Positions 1 to 10,154 of a stretch of 64,000 bases of DNA are shown piece after piece. Position 1 is the stretch's first letter. Each line of letters begins with the position of its first letter. Made by a program: the position numbers and the translations under genes. Source of the DNA: an uncultured Trueperaceae bacterium (lineage in GTDB: Bacteria; Deinococcota; Deinococci; Deinococcales; Trueperaceae); assembly GCA_963815215.1 (NCBI GenBank), contig CAWFFU010000011.1:64001-128000 (forward strand), read 5' to 3'. Under the pieces are notes generated by a model, which saw only the letters and a program-made list of their open reading frames with translations, ran no database searches and was not told the DNA's origin.

Positions 1-799
1 CGTAGACCCCGCAAGCTCCTCCCACTTGCCCCTCCCAGCGCACCAGGGCGAAGTCCTCCACCCACAGCACGCGGCCCCCTTTGCTCCGCAGCCGGTAGGC
101 ATGGTGACGGTCGCGCTGGGTGGGCAGGCCTCGCAGTGCGGCGTCGTAGGCCTCGCGATCATCTTCCAGAACGTGAGCTTGCAGCCCCGTCGAGAGGAGC
201 TCCTCGACTCCGTATCCAGTCACCGCGGCGCTCGCCTCGGACACCCACGTCCACCGTGCTCGACCGTCCTCGCCGAGGAGCAACGCGTACGCGAACGATG
301 CCCCCTGCCCATCCAGCCGATCGGCGAGCGCGCTCCTCGCCGCCTCCGCCCCGGCGGCGTGCTCGGAGGCGGTCGCATCGCGTTGCAGCACCAGCAAGTG
401 GCCGGGCCGGCCGTTCGGGCCCGGAATCGGCAGGTGGCGTTGCTCGTTGAAGAAGAGCGTGCCGTCCTTCCGGAAGTTGCGCAGGGTGACGGTCACCGGG
501 CTACCACCCTCGAGCGCCTCCCGGATGGCCTCGTTACCGTCCTGTTCGCTGTCCTCGCGTTGCAGGAAGCCGAGGTTGCGGCCGGTCGCCTCGTCGGGTC
601 GATAGCCCGTCAACTCGACGAAGCGCTCGCTGGCGTGCACGACAGGGTGACCGACTTGCGTCAGGTCCGAGACCGTGAAGCAGGCGTCACCGAACAGGCG
701 CCGTACGGTCTCGACCACTTCCGCGGTGTCCGGCGTGCCGGATCCGCTCATCAGCTTCCTAAGGATGGCGCGATCACTCGTCGCGCTGTCGGCCTTCAT
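1..799 (-). CDS. PAS-domain sensor protein (LOV-like PAS plus a second PAS domain), 3' end outside window
   Basis: Not in the ORF track because it runs off the left edge. Manual translation from ATG 799 gives ...HPVVHASERFVELTGYRPDEATGRNLGFLQ...VTLRNFRKDGTLFFNE...LVLQRD, then WVSEASAAVTGYGVEEL...YRLRSKGGRVLWVED. Confidence 0.8.
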   Translation of the reverse strand, partial: MKADSATSDRAILRKLMSGSGTPDTAEVVETVRRLFGDACFTVSDLTQVGHPVVHASERFVELTGYRPDEATGRNLGFLQREDSEQDGNEAIREALEGGSPVTVTLRNFRKDGTLFFNEQRHLPIPGPNGRPGHLLVLQRDATASEHAAGAEAARSALADRLDGQGASFAYALLLGEDGRARWTWVSEASAAVTGYGVEELLSTGLQAHVLEDDREAYDAALRGLPTQRDRHHAYRLRSKGGRVLWVEDFALVRWEGQVGGACGVY

Positions 800-1075
800 G
801 GGTCCTTCGCGCCTCCTCCGCGCCTTGCGGCCGCCGCGGCTGGCGACGACCGCAAGTGGAGGTCACGGGACTAGCGTCTGGGCCGGGGCTCCCATCCACC
901 GGCCGACCGACTCCCGTACCCTCCCACCTCGTCCGAGCACGACCCTACCACCTCGCGGCCCCGCCGCCCGTGACAAATCTGTGACGCACAGGGCGTTCCT
1001 GGCGTATTGAGGGTGCCGCGGCGCATCTTCCCGGCAATCGGGCGCACGGCCCGCGCGCGCGCCGACGGAACCCCC

Positions 1076-1759
1076 TCAGCCGGCGTCGATCCCACCGAGG
1101 ATCAACCTGGCGAGGTCACGCGAGATCGACAGATGCTTGTCCCCGAGCGCGACCGTGAGCAGGTCACCGACGGGCTCCTTGGACTGCACGCGCAGCCGCG
1201 TTCCCGGGTGGATACCCAGCTCCGTGACGTAGGCGAGCACCTCGGCGTCCTGGCTGAGGATGCGCGAGACGGTGAACGTCTCGCCCACGGCGACGTCGCA
1301 CAGGCCCGTGCTCGGGGTCGACGGCACGCTTCCGTCGTCGCGCGGGATGGGGTCGCCGTGGGGGTCGTGCGTCGGCCGGCCCAGATGCTCGGCCAGGCGC
1401 TCGGTGAAGCGCACCGACATCACGTGCTCCATCGCCTCCGCCTCCTCGTGGACTTCGTCCCAGCTGTAGCCGAGGTCACGGATCAGGAAGGTTTCGAGCA
1501 GACGGTGTCGGCGGATGAGGCGCAACGCCTCGGCGCGACCGGCGACGCTGAGCTGCGCGCCGTAGTAGCGCCGGTACTCGATGAGCCCCATGCGCTTGAG
1601 CTTGCCGAGCATGCCGGTGACCGACGACGCCGTGACGCCCAAGGCGCGGGCGATATCGCCCGTGGCCGCCGGGCCGTCGCGGGCGATGACCCAGATCGCC
1701 TTCAGGTAGTCGCCGACCGATGTCGACAGCGACGCCTTCCCGGGCTCCACTCTCGTCAC
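1076..1759 (-). CDS. DtxR/MntR-family metal-dependent transcriptional repressor with C-terminal FeoA-like domain
   Basis: DYLKAIW HTH start, RRHRLLETFL, EAEAMEH, PTHDPHGDPIP motifs. Confidence 0.92.
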   Translation of the reverse strand: MTRVEPGKASLSTSVGDYLKAIWVIARDGPAATGDIARALGVTASSVTGMLGKLKRMGLIEYRRYYGAQLSVAGRAEALRLIRRHRLLETFLIRDLGYSWDEVHEEAEAMEHVMSVRFTERLAEHLGRPTHDPHGDPIPRDDGSVPSTPSTGLCDVAVGETFTVSRILSQDAEVLAYVTELGIHPGTRLRVQSKEPVGDLLTVALGDKHLSISRDLARLILGGIDAG

Positions 1760-1767
1760 ACCGAAGT

Positions 1768-2715
1768 CTACGGGCTGCGCCCGGGGGCTGCAACCGGCGT
1801 CGCGCCCTCGTCCGGGCTGCCGTGTGTCCCCTGCAGGAGGTGCTCCGCCAGAGCCCTGGCCGCCCTCGACGCCAGCTCGGGCGGCCGATGGAACAGCGTA
1901 AGGGGCCGCAGCAACGCATCGGAGTCCAGCGGCACCACTCGCAGCGCACCCGTCGCCACCTCCCGACGTACCGCGGACTCGGAGAGGAACCCCGCACCGA
2001 GGCCGGCCAGCACTGCCTGCTTGACGGTGTCGAGACCGGTGGCCTCGAGCGTGGTGGTGAGGTCCACCCCCGCGGCCGACAGCGCACGATCCACCACCTC
2101 GCGGGTGCCCGAGCCGCGCTCGCGACGCACCACTTCCAGTCCCGCCAGGCGAACCAGCGGCAGCGGCTCGCTCGCGGCCAGCGGGTGATCGGGGCGCACC
2201 ACCAGCACCAGCCGATCGATCCCGTAGAGGGCGACCTCGACCTGGGCCGGCGGTTCGCTCACGGGCCCCTCGACGATCGCCAGGTCGGCCTCGCCGCCGG
2301 CGAGTAGGGCGACGGCATCGGCCGAGTTGCGCGTCAACAGTTCGATGCGCAGTCCCGGGTGAGCGGCCCGGAAACGGGCCAGCGCCGAAGGCAGGCGATA
2401 GACGGCCACCGTCATGCTGGAGGCGATCCGAAGGCCGCCCCGAAGCAATCCTCCGAGTTCGTCGGACCAGCGCTGCGCGCCCGCCACCGCGTTCGCCACG
2501 GAGCGCGCGTAGGGCAGGAGCGCCTCACCCGCCTCGGTGAGATGAACGCCGTGACGGTGTCGGCGGTAGAGAGGCTCACCGACGGCTTGGGTGAGCTTCC
2601 GTAGCTGGGCCGACACGGCCGGTTGCGTGCGGTGGAGTCGTTCGGCCGCCGCGGACACGCTACCTGCCTCGGCCACGCGTGCGAACGCTATGAGAGGCTC
2701 AGCTTCGATGCGCAC
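1768..2715 (-). CDS. LysR-family regulator (CysL/YeiE-like)
   Basis: N-terminal HTH (GSVSAAAERLHRTQPAVSAQLRKL), RERGSGTR motif; divergent from a YeiH-family gene. Confidence 0.92.
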   Translation of the reverse strand: MRIEAEPLIAFARVAEAGSVSAAAERLHRTQPAVSAQLRKLTQAVGEPLYRRHRHGVHLTEAGEALLPYARSVANAVAGAQRWSDELGGLLRGGLRIASSMTVAVYRLPSALARFRAAHPGLRIELLTRNSADAVALLAGGEADLAIVEGPVSEPPAQVEVALYGIDRLVLVVRPDHPLAASEPLPLVRLAGLEVVRRERGSGTREVVDRALSAAGVDLTTTLEATGLDTVKQAVLAGLGAGFLSESAVRREVATGALRVVPLDSDALLRPLTLFHRPPELASRAARALAEHLLQGTHGSPDEGATPVAAPGRSP

Positions 2716-2720
2716 GTCCC

Positions 2721-2789
2721 ATTATAAGCTTCACTGATATCTACTACTCGAACCACGACTTTGATTTATGGCGCGCCCGCGACTAGACT
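2721..2789. promoter_or_regulatory. Divergent lysR/yeiH control region: LysR T-N11-A box and two leaderless -10 elements
   Basis: ATAA-N7-TGAT at 2724-2738; TATAAT on the minus strand at 2721-2726 just before GTG 2715; TAGACT on the plus strand just before ATG 2796. Confidence 0.55.
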
Positions 2790-2795
2790 CCTCGG

Positions 2796-3839
2796 ATGCG
2801 ACTGCTCGCTCGTCCCTCGCTGCCCCCACTCTCCGCCCTCCGCACACTTCCGCGCGGCCTCGTCCTGGCGGGCGCCCTTGCGCTAGTGGCCAGCCTGGTG
2901 GCGCGCCTGCCCGGGCTCGCCACGCTCGGCCCGCTCGGGATCGCCATGATCCTGGGCGTGCTGTGGCGGACTACGGTAGGTCTCGGGAACGCGCTGCTGC
3001 CGGGAACGACCTTCGCCGCCCGCACGTTGCTGCGTGCGGGGGTGGTGCTGCTCGGGGTCCGCCTCGACTTCGCGCTGCTCGTGCACGCCGGGCCGCGCGT
3101 GCTCCTGCTCGATCTGCTGGTCGTCGTCATCGGAACGCTGGCGATGGAGCGCCTCGGCAAGCTGCTGGGGCTCGGACGCGGCGTGCGGCTCGGCCTGGCG
3201 CTCGGATCATGCATCTGCGGCGCGGCCGCCATCGCCGCCGCCGCTCCGATCATCCGCGCCAGCGACGACGATGTCTCGGTCTCGGTCGGCATCGTGAGCC
3301 TGCTGGGAACCGTGGGCGTGATCGGATTCGCCGTGCTCGCCCCGTTGATCGGCATGAGCGTGCAGCGCTACGGCCTCATGACCGGTTCGACGCTGCACGA
3401 GGTGGCCCAGGTCCTGGCCGCCGGCGCCGCCTACGGCGCCCGCGCGCTCGACCTGGCAACCATCACCAAACTGACGCGCGTGGCGCTGCTGGCGCCCACC
3501 CTCCTCGTGGTCGGCGCCATCCTGCATCGTCGCGACGCCTCCGCTACGCTCGGCAGCGACCGCCGTGCGGAGCGCCGACCGCCGCTCCTCCCCGGCTTCC
3601 TGATCGGCTTCCTGGCCCTCGGCGCGCTCCGCAGCGTGGGCTTGGTGGCGGGGCCCCTGGTACCCCTCTTGCAGACCGGCAGCACCGTCCTCATGACGAT
3701 GGCCATGGCCGGGATCGGGCTGGCCGTCGACCTCCGGGTCGTCCGCCGGATCGGTGCGCCGGCCGTGGTGCTGGCGGTGGTCGGCTTCGCTCTCACGCTC
3801 AGCATCGCCTCCGTTGCGACGCTCGGCCTGCCGGGATAA
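2796..3839 (+). CDS. YeiH/UPF0324 family membrane protein (putative sulfate exporter family)
   Basis: Multi-TM; LLRAGVVLLG, GSCICGAAAIAA, GSTLHEVAQV, ATITKLTRVALL motifs. Confidence 0.9.
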   Translation: MRLLARPSLPPLSALRTLPRGLVLAGALALVASLVARLPGLATLGPLGIAMILGVLWRTTVGLGNALLPGTTFAARTLLRAGVVLLGVRLDFALLVHAGPRVLLLDLLVVVIGTLAMERLGKLLGLGRGVRLGLALGSCICGAAAIAAAAPIIRASDDDVSVSVGIVSLLGTVGVIGFAVLAPLIGMSVQRYGLMTGSTLHEVAQVLAAGAAYGARALDLATITKLTRVALLAPTLLVVGAILHRRDASATLGSDRRAERRPPLLPGFLIGFLALGALRSVGLVAGPLVPLLQTGSTVLMTMAMAGIGLAVDLRVVRRIGAPAVVLAVVGFALTLSIASVATLGLPG

Positions 3840-3989
3840 CGATGCCGAGCGCCACCCGCGTGTTGGCATCGACCGCGGGGACCGTCGAAGCATCGCCGCA
3901 CCCCTCCGAGAGATACCCCCCATAGGTATTCAACATGACAGATCGGCCGTGCCGCCGGGTGCTAGCCTTGAGCACGGATGGAGGGTGCC

Positions 3990-5015
3990 ATGCCCAAGAA
4001 CGAGCAGCACCACGACGTCGTGATCATCGGCGGCGGACCGGCGGGGCTCACCGCCGGCATCTACGCCGGGCGCGGCCAGCTCGACACCGTGATCATCGAG
4101 AAGGGCCTTCCCGGCGGGCAGATCGCCCAGACGGACGAGGTCGAGAACTACGCCGGCTTCCCCGAAGGCATCACCGGGCCCGAGTTGTCGCAGCGGATGG
4201 TCCAGCAGGCGGAGAAGTTCGGAGCGTCCATCGTGATGGACGAGGTGACCGCCGTCGAACGTGAAGCGACGGGCGGGTTCGTGGTGCGCGGCTACGACGC
4301 CGATTACCACGCGCGGTCGGTCATCGTCGCAACGGGAGCGAACCCGCGGCGGCTGGGCGTTCCCGGGGAGGACGAGTTCTACGGGCGCGGCGTCTCCACC
4401 TGCGCGACCTGCGACGGGTTCTTCTACCGCGGTAAGCGCGTGGTCGTGGTCGGCGGCGGTGACGCGGCCGTCGAGGAGGGCACCTTCCTGACGAAGTTCG
4501 CCGACACGGTCACGATCGTGCACCGGCGGGACGAGCTCCGGGCCCACAAGGCCGCACAGGAGCGCGCCCTGGCCAACCCGAAGATGCGCTTCGTGTGGGA
4601 CACCGTGGTCACCGAGGTCCTCGGCGAGGACGGTCAGGTGAGCGGGGTGCGCACCCGCAACGTGGTGACGGGTGAGGAGGGCGTACTCGACACCGACGGC
4701 GTGTTCGTCTACATCGGCCACGTTCCGAACACCGGCTTCGTGGAGGGTGCGGTGCGCCTGCGTGAGAGTGGGTACATCGACGTCCGCGATGAGATCTATA
4801 CCGACGTCGAGGGGCTCTTCGCTGCCGGCGACGTCTCCGACGAGGTCTACCGTCAGCTCGGGACGTCGGTCGGAGCCGGCACGCGCGCGGCCATGGCCGC
4901 CGAGCGCTGGCTGGCCGAGCAGGACCTCCCCGCCGCCGTCCGGCCCGTCAAGGAGTCGGCGCCGTCCGAGGCCCGCGCCACACTCGCGTTCAACGTGCCG
5001 GTGCGGGAGGCCTGA
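3990..5015 (+). CDS. trxB: Thioredoxin-disulfide reductase
   Basis: GGGPAG FAD motif, CATCDG active site, [22 protein letters not shown] before ATG 3990. Confidence 0.96.
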   Translation: MPKNEQHHDVVIIGGGPAGLTAGIYAGRGQLDTVIIEKGLPGGQIAQTDEVENYAGFPEGITGPELSQRMVQQAEKFGASIVMDEVTAVEREATGGFVVRGYDADYHARSVIVATGANPRRLGVPGEDEFYGRGVSTCATCDGFFYRGKRVVVVGGGDAAVEEGTFLTKFADTVTIVHRRDELRAHKAAQERALANPKMRFVWDTVVTEVLGEDGQVSGVRTRNVVTGEEGVLDTDGVFVYIGHVPNTGFVEGAVRLRESGYIDVRDEIYTDVEGLFAAGDVSDEVYRQLGTSVGAGTRAAMAAERWLAEQDLPAAVRPVKESAPSEARATLAFNVPVREA

Positions 5016-5034
5016 GCGCTCGAGATACCGTGCG

Positions 5035-6084
5035 TCAGCGCGGCAGGAAGTCGTAGAAGAGGAACGATCCGCGGTAGGAGGTCGCCAGCACATGGCCGTC
5101 GGTCCACAGGGGGGTGCCGACGGCCTCCCGCCACGCCCTGCCGTCGCTCGCGGTCAGCGTGATGAAGGTGCCGTCCGCCTTCGCGGTCCAGCCATCGCCC
5201 GTCAGCGGGGCCGCCGACGGCGCCTGTAGCGCCAACGCCGCACCCTTGGGCGCGACCGGCAACTCGCCTTTCTCGAGCCCCAGGTACTGGACCGGGCCCT
5301 GTTGGGTCATGCCCAACTCAGGGACGCCCAGCGCCAGCAGCCTGCTCGTCTCGTTGCCGCTCTGCCCCACCGTGACGCGCTCCAGGACCACCAAACGCGG
5401 CGCGGCGTCGGGCTGGGGACGGTAGACGGTCGCCTTGACATCCGACAGCGGCAGGCCGAGACCGTCTGCGACCAGCGAAAGCACGGAAGCCTCGAACGCG
5501 TCCCGGGCCTCACTGCTGTCCTGCTGATAGCTGTCGGGCCACAACGCCAGGTTACGTAGGCGCGTGATACTTCCGTCCGCTGCCGGTACCGCCAGCCACG
5601 CGTCGAACGAGTCGACCTGGTCGCCCTCCAGAGTGACGTAGCGGGCCTCCGTCAACGGGGCCGACTGCTGAAGCCGCACCGCCACCCCGCTGCGCCAGGG
5701 AAGCACCGTCACATCCCGCCCGTCAGGGATGATGCGCGTCAAGACCCGTGGCGCAAGCGAAACGATCCCGGGCGGGATCGCCTCGGCCAGCGCCGGTACC
5801 GGACGCCCCCCGGCGACCGGCGGCATGGAGTCGGCGAACACCAGCGCTGCCTGGCGGTTCGCGAACGCGCCCACCCGCACCCGGAAGACGTCGCCGAGCC
5901 CGGTCGTCGACCGCACCACGTAGGCGGGAAAGCCTTCCGTGTTGAGCTGCGTCTGCAGCGCCAGCGCCGAGTCCTTGTCCGACAGCGCCACCACCTGAAC
6001 GGTGTAGGAGATGGACTGGGCGGAGGCCACCGCCACCCACGCTACGAGTACCGTGAGCGCGGCCGACCGGAGCCGGAACGGCAC
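5035..6084 (-). CDS. Exported SPOR-domain protein
   Basis: GTG start overlaps the upstream stop; signal peptide (AVASA|Q), then SPOR-like YTVQVVAL...FRVRVGAFANRQAA. Confidence 0.75.
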   Translation of the reverse strand: MPFRLRSAALTVLVAWVAVASAQSISYTVQVVALSDKDSALALQTQLNTEGFPAYVVRSTTGLGDVFRVRVGAFANRQAALVFADSMPPVAGGRPVPALAEAIPPGIVSLAPRVLTRIIPDGRDVTVLPWRSGVAVRLQQSAPLTEARYVTLEGDQVDSFDAWLAVPAADGSITRLRNLALWPDSYQQDSSEARDAFEASVLSLVADGLGLPLSDVKATVYRPQPDAAPRLVVLERVTVGQSGNETSRLLALGVPELGMTQQGPVQYLGLEKGELPVAPKGAALALQAPSAAPLTGDGWTAKADGTFITLTASDGRAWREAVGTPLWTDGHVLATSYRGSFLFYDFLPR

Positions 6085-6857
6085 TAGAAGTCCTTCCGCT
6101 CGAACAGGACGACCGAAACGGCCGCGAACGCGGCGCAATACAGAGCGATGAGCGCCGACACCCAGCCCATGTTGGCCACCGGCTTGGCGTAGGCGTTGAG
6201 TTGCGTGGTCAACAGGTACGGGGTGAGGCCGGGGAACACCACCAGGAGTTGCATGAAGATGAGCACCGACAACGTCGCCAGCGCGCCGCCCGCGGCGTTC
6301 ATGAACACCACTGTGAACAGCACTCCGAGCAAGCTCACCGGCACCAGGCTGTAGGCGGCCACCAGATAGGCGCCCGCCACCTCGCGCAGCGCGTGTGCGG
6401 CCTGCATGGTGCCCTGCCCGAGAAGTCCGGCCTGGCCGAGCCCGGTCCCGCCCACGAACGAGCCGTAGCCGTAGGGCGCACCCGCGATCAGGGACACCAC
6501 GAAGAACAGCGCGAGGACCGCGAACGGGTAGACCGATGCGACCAGTAGCTTGGCGAGCAGCCACTGCGAGCGCGATACCGGCCGGAGCAGGACCGTCGGC
6601 AGGGTCCCGTGGGTCAGCTCCATGCCGAGCAACTCCGCGGATGTGATCGCCACCAGCAACGGCAGCAGGAACTGCATACTCGACAGCAGGCTCAAGGCGG
6701 GAACCTGGTAGGCCGACACCAGATAGAAGCCATAGACCGAGTAGATCCCCGGAGCGTAGGCCCACAGGATCGGGAACAGGATGAGCAACACGGCTGAGAA
6801 GCGCACGCTCGCCAGGCGAGCGACCTTGCCGAACTCCATGGCCAGCAGGCTTCTCAC
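6084..6857 (-). CDS. ABC-2 type transporter permease
   Basis: Hydrophobic; ELTHGTLPTVLLRPVSRSQWLLAKL and C-terminal FERKDF; GTGA overlap with the ATPase stop. Confidence 0.85.
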   Translation of the reverse strand: MRSLLAMEFGKVARLASVRFSAVLLILFPILWAYAPGIYSVYGFYLVSAYQVPALSLLSSMQFLLPLLVAITSAELLGMELTHGTLPTVLLRPVSRSQWLLAKLLVASVYPFAVLALFFVVSLIAGAPYGYGSFVGGTGLGQAGLLGQGTMQAAHALREVAGAYLVAAYSLVPVSLLGVLFTVVFMNAAGGALATLSVLIFMQLLVVFPGLTPYLLTTQLNAYAKPVANMGWVSALIALYCAAFAAVSVVLFERKDF

Positions 6858-7822
6858 GCCTCGCCCTCCCTCTCCCCGCTCATCCGGGGATCGGCCGGCG
6901 CCCAGGCACCGCTGCGCCGAGAGCGCTCGTTGGAGACCCTCTCGCGGTAGTAGCCGCGCAGGTCGAAGATGTCCCGCGTCAACTCGAACACGGCGATCCC
7001 CGCTTCGGACAGGGCGGCGGTCACGCGGCCGATCACCCCCGCCTCGGCAGGGATGAACACCACTTCCTCGCCCCGCACCGCGGCATGGCGGATCCACGGC
7101 TGGGTCTCGAGCAACGCACGGGCATCGTGCGGCCGATCGACCCAGACGCGGTAGCGCTCGCGTCGGTCGAGCAAGTTCACCTCATCGATGAGCGCCCCCT
7201 CCTCCATGATCGCCACCCGCGTGCAGTAGGCCACCACCTCGTCGAGGTGGTGGGTCGACAGCAGCACCGCCGTTCCAGACGACGCCGCTTCGCGCAGCAC
7301 CGAGTGCACCAGATGAAGGCTGAGCGGGTCCATGCCACTGGCGGGCTCGTCCAGGATCAGCACCTCGGGACGCGTCAGCAACGCTGCCGCTACCCCCAGG
7401 CGTTGCCGCATGCCGAGGCTGTACACGCCCACCCTGCGCTCGGCGGCATTGCCAAGCTCCATCATGTCCAGGACCTCGTCGATGCGCTCGTCCGCGACGC
7501 CGCCGGCCAACCTGCCGTGGAGGTGCAGGTTGCCGCGCCCCGTCAAGTAGGGGTAGAAGGCGGCCGGCGCCTCGACCACGGCCCCGAGCTTGCGCCGCAC
7601 GGCCGGCTCCTGGTGCGGGTCGGTGCCGAGCATGCGCACCGACCCTTCCGAGGGAAAGGCCAGGCCTGCCACCAGCCGGATGACCGTCGTCTTCCCCGCT
7701 CCGTTCGGTCCCACCAATGCGTACACCTCACCCGCGTTGACGGTGAAGCTCATGTCGCGGACGACCGGACGCTTGCCGTATCGCTTGGTCAGGTGGGCGA
7801 CTTCGATCGATGGCGTGGGCAT
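6854..7822 (-). CDS. ABC transporter ATP-binding protein
   Basis: Walker A GPNGAGKT, YSLGMRQRL signature, ILDEP Walker B. Confidence 0.95.
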   Translation of the reverse strand: MPTPSIEVAHLTKRYGKRPVVRDMSFTVNAGEVYALVGPNGAGKTTVIRLVAGLAFPSEGSVRMLGTDPHQEPAVRRKLGAVVEAPAAFYPYLTGRGNLHLHGRLAGGVADERIDEVLDMMELGNAAERRVGVYSLGMRQRLGVAAALLTRPEVLILDEPASGMDPLSLHLVHSVLREAASSGTAVLLSTHHLDEVVAYCTRVAIMEEGALIDEVNLLDRRERYRVWVDRPHDARALLETQPWIRHAAVRGEEVVFIPAEAGVIGRVTAALSEAGIAVFELTRDIFDLRGYYRERVSNERSRRSGAWAPADPRMSGEREGEA

Positions 7823-7921
7823 GGGGTTCCTCGGCGAAAGTGTACGTCCTGACGGTCCATTGGCACGGTTAATTCTTCATCACGCCGCCGCCGGCGCCAT
7901 CCCTGTGGGCGTTCTCCGCTC

Positions 7922-9397
7922 TCAGGCCGACCCTTCCTGAGGCGCGCCCACCATCCCGTCTTGCTCCACCAGCATGACGTCCAACACGTGCTCGATGGTC
8001 TTCTCGACGGCGCGGTCGAAGTCGGAGGCCTCCACTACGGGCACGCCCTCCAGTTCGGCCTGTTCGACGACGAAATCCTGCAGGATGCGGATCTCCTCGA
8101 AATGCTCCAGGTAGGGCTGCTGGCGGCGGCGGTGGAAGGTCTGCCCCTCTCGCACGCCGAAGTGACGCCGGTGGTCCTCCTCGTCGGCGACCGCCATCAC
8201 CACCTTGATGAGGATGGCGTCCGGCGTCTCGCGGCTGGGCGCGATGCCGGGGACCAGATGCGCTCCCTCCATCACCAGCGAAGTGGCCTCCGTGACATTG
8301 CGATCGATGATGGCGCACACCGCCGGATCGAGCTGCTGGACCTGCGCCAGGAACCCGCGCAACACGCGCTTACGCTTGGGCCTGACGGTGTCGCGCTCAC
8401 TCGGAAGAAGCTCCGCGCGCCAGGCGGAATAGCTGGAGCTGTGCAGCACCGGGCTCAGATCGGGCCCGATGAGCGACCGCAGCGCCTGGCGCACCGAGTC
8501 GGTCGACACGTTACGTGGGATGCCCAGCCGGTACCCGACCTCCGAGGCGATCGCGGACTTCCCGACCCCGGGCGCGCCCCCGACCACCAGGATGATCGGC
8601 CGGTCGGGCCGTCGCACCGCCCGCATCAGGTCGTAGCGCCGGGCGAACTCATCGCCCGCCTCGTCGCGAAGCAGCCGGCACGCCTCACGACGCACCTCAA
8701 CGCGCTGCACGATCGGCTGCTCCGAGCGGTACAGCGCCTCCTCCACCCGCTTCGCCAGGTTGTGGGAGAACTCCGGTCCCAGGCCGACGGCCATCACTGA
8801 CTGCGCCAGGATCCCGCGCGAGAAGGGCATCTCTACGCCGTCCTCCTCGACCACCTTGAGCTCGAGGCTCTGGCGCGTCAACGCCTCGTAGCGTAGGCGC
8901 AGGTCACGGCCGTAGCGACCCTCCAACGCGACCGCCACGCGCCGCGCCAGCTCCGCCTGGGGGATGCGCTCCACCCCCTCGGCGCGCAGCCCCTGTTCGA
9001 CGAGATTGGCAACGGAGTGCGCTTCCTTGAAGCCGAGGTCGAGCTTCTCCAGCGACGCCATCAGGGTGCGGCGGGAGAACGGCTCCTGATCTCCGTCGAC
9101 GTCGATCAGCAAGGGCACGAAGGGAGGTGTCTGGTGACCGAGCCGTTGCGCAACCTCGGGCGCGACGCGCTCCTCCACCATGGCGGCGAGCATGTCCATG
9201 AGCTCAGCCAGGTCGATCCGGCGCGTCCCAGCCTCGCGGAGCCGACGCTCCGCCTCTCGCGCCATGCGGATGGCCTCGTCTGTGAGGACGCCGGCCGACT
9301 GCAGCGCCTCCACCACCTCGCCGGTGGTGTAGACGTAGGCCTCGTCGCCGCGGATCACACGAAGATCGCGCCGCTTCACCTGCTGGCTCCTCTCCAC
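7922..9397 (-). CDS. 2-phosphoglycerate kinase-like protein with multiple ATP-cone domains
   Basis: Repeated PFSRRTL/PFSRGILAQS cone starts, P-loop GGAPGVGKS, STDSVRQALR, LHSSSY, MEGAHLVPG. Confidence 0.85.
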   Translation of the reverse strand: MERSQQVKRRDLRVIRGDEAYVYTTGEVVEALQSAGVLTDEAIRMAREAERRLREAGTRRIDLAELMDMLAAMVEERVAPEVAQRLGHQTPPFVPLLIDVDGDQEPFSRRTLMASLEKLDLGFKEAHSVANLVEQGLRAEGVERIPQAELARRVAVALEGRYGRDLRLRYEALTRQSLELKVVEEDGVEMPFSRGILAQSVMAVGLGPEFSHNLAKRVEEALYRSEQPIVQRVEVRREACRLLRDEAGDEFARRYDLMRAVRRPDRPIILVVGGAPGVGKSAIASEVGYRLGIPRNVSTDSVRQALRSLIGPDLSPVLHSSSYSAWRAELLPSERDTVRPKRKRVLRGFLAQVQQLDPAVCAIIDRNVTEATSLVMEGAHLVPGIAPSRETPDAILIKVVMAVADEEDHRRHFGVREGQTFHRRRQQPYLEHFEEIRILQDFVVEQAELEGVPVVEASDFDRAVEKTIEHVLDVMLVEQDGMVGAPQEGSA

Positions 9398-9437
9398 TCG
9401 AACACGCCCTCAGGCGACACCGGAATCGTCTGCGAGG

Positions 9438-10022
9438 CTACCACGGATCGAAAGGGTCCTCGGAACGGCCCTCAAGCACGTCCAGCAGGTTCTTCACGAC
9501 GTTCCCGGTGAAACCCCAGATCTCGCGGCCCTGCCAGGGGTAGGTGTAGATGCGTCTGCGGTACTCGCGCAGCTGCCGCACCTCCGTGCGAGGCTCGATG
9601 GCAGCGAGAGCGCTCAGCGGGGCGGTGAATACGTCGGCGACCTCCCGCGGGTTCACCGCGAGCGGTTGGGGCCAGGGGATGCGCGCCACCACCGGCGTGG
9701 CGACGTAACCGGCGGGGGACGGATGGTCGCTGAGGACGCCGAGCACCGCCTCGGCCGGCACACGCAGCCCCACCTCCTCCTCGGTCTCGCGCAACGCGGC
9801 TTCCACCAACGCCTCGCCATCCTCCATGCGGCCGCCGGGGAACGCGATCTGGCCGGCATGGTTGGAGAGGGACGAGGAGCGCACCGTGAACAGCAACTCG
9901 AGCCCGCCGGGGGCCTCGAGCAGCGGCACCAGCACGGCCGCCCGCCGGAACCCGGGGATCTCCATCACGACCCGCTCCATACGCTCGAGCCGCTCCTTCA
10001 GCCCCTGGAGCGTCGGAGTCAC
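9438..10022 (-). CDS. Nudix hydrolase, CoA pyrophosphatase (NudL/PCD1) family
   Basis: AAVLVPL, HAGQIAFPGG, Nudix box ALRETEEEVG, IWGFTG. Confidence 0.9.
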   Translation of the reverse strand: MTPTLQGLKERLERMERVVMEIPGFRRAAVLVPLLEAPGGLELLFTVRSSSLSNHAGQIAFPGGRMEDGEALVEAALRETEEEVGLRVPAEAVLGVLSDHPSPAGYVATPVVARIPWPQPLAVNPREVADVFTAPLSALAAIEPRTEVRQLREYRRRIYTYPWQGREIWGFTGNVVKNLLDVLEGRSEDPFDPW

Positions 10023-10154
10023 GTGCGCCCCGTACAGCGTCGAACGGCGGAATCCACGACCATGCCGTCAGGATATCCCGGCCGCGGGAGGCGGCCCGTC
10101 GCTGCCCGTCCCCGGCAGACGCCACCGAGGCACCGTCCGCCGGACGAGCGAACG

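Noticed and set aside
26..874. 282-aa plus-strand ORF
   Set aside because: Antisense shadow of the minus-strand PAS/LOV-like gene; no recognisable motifs.
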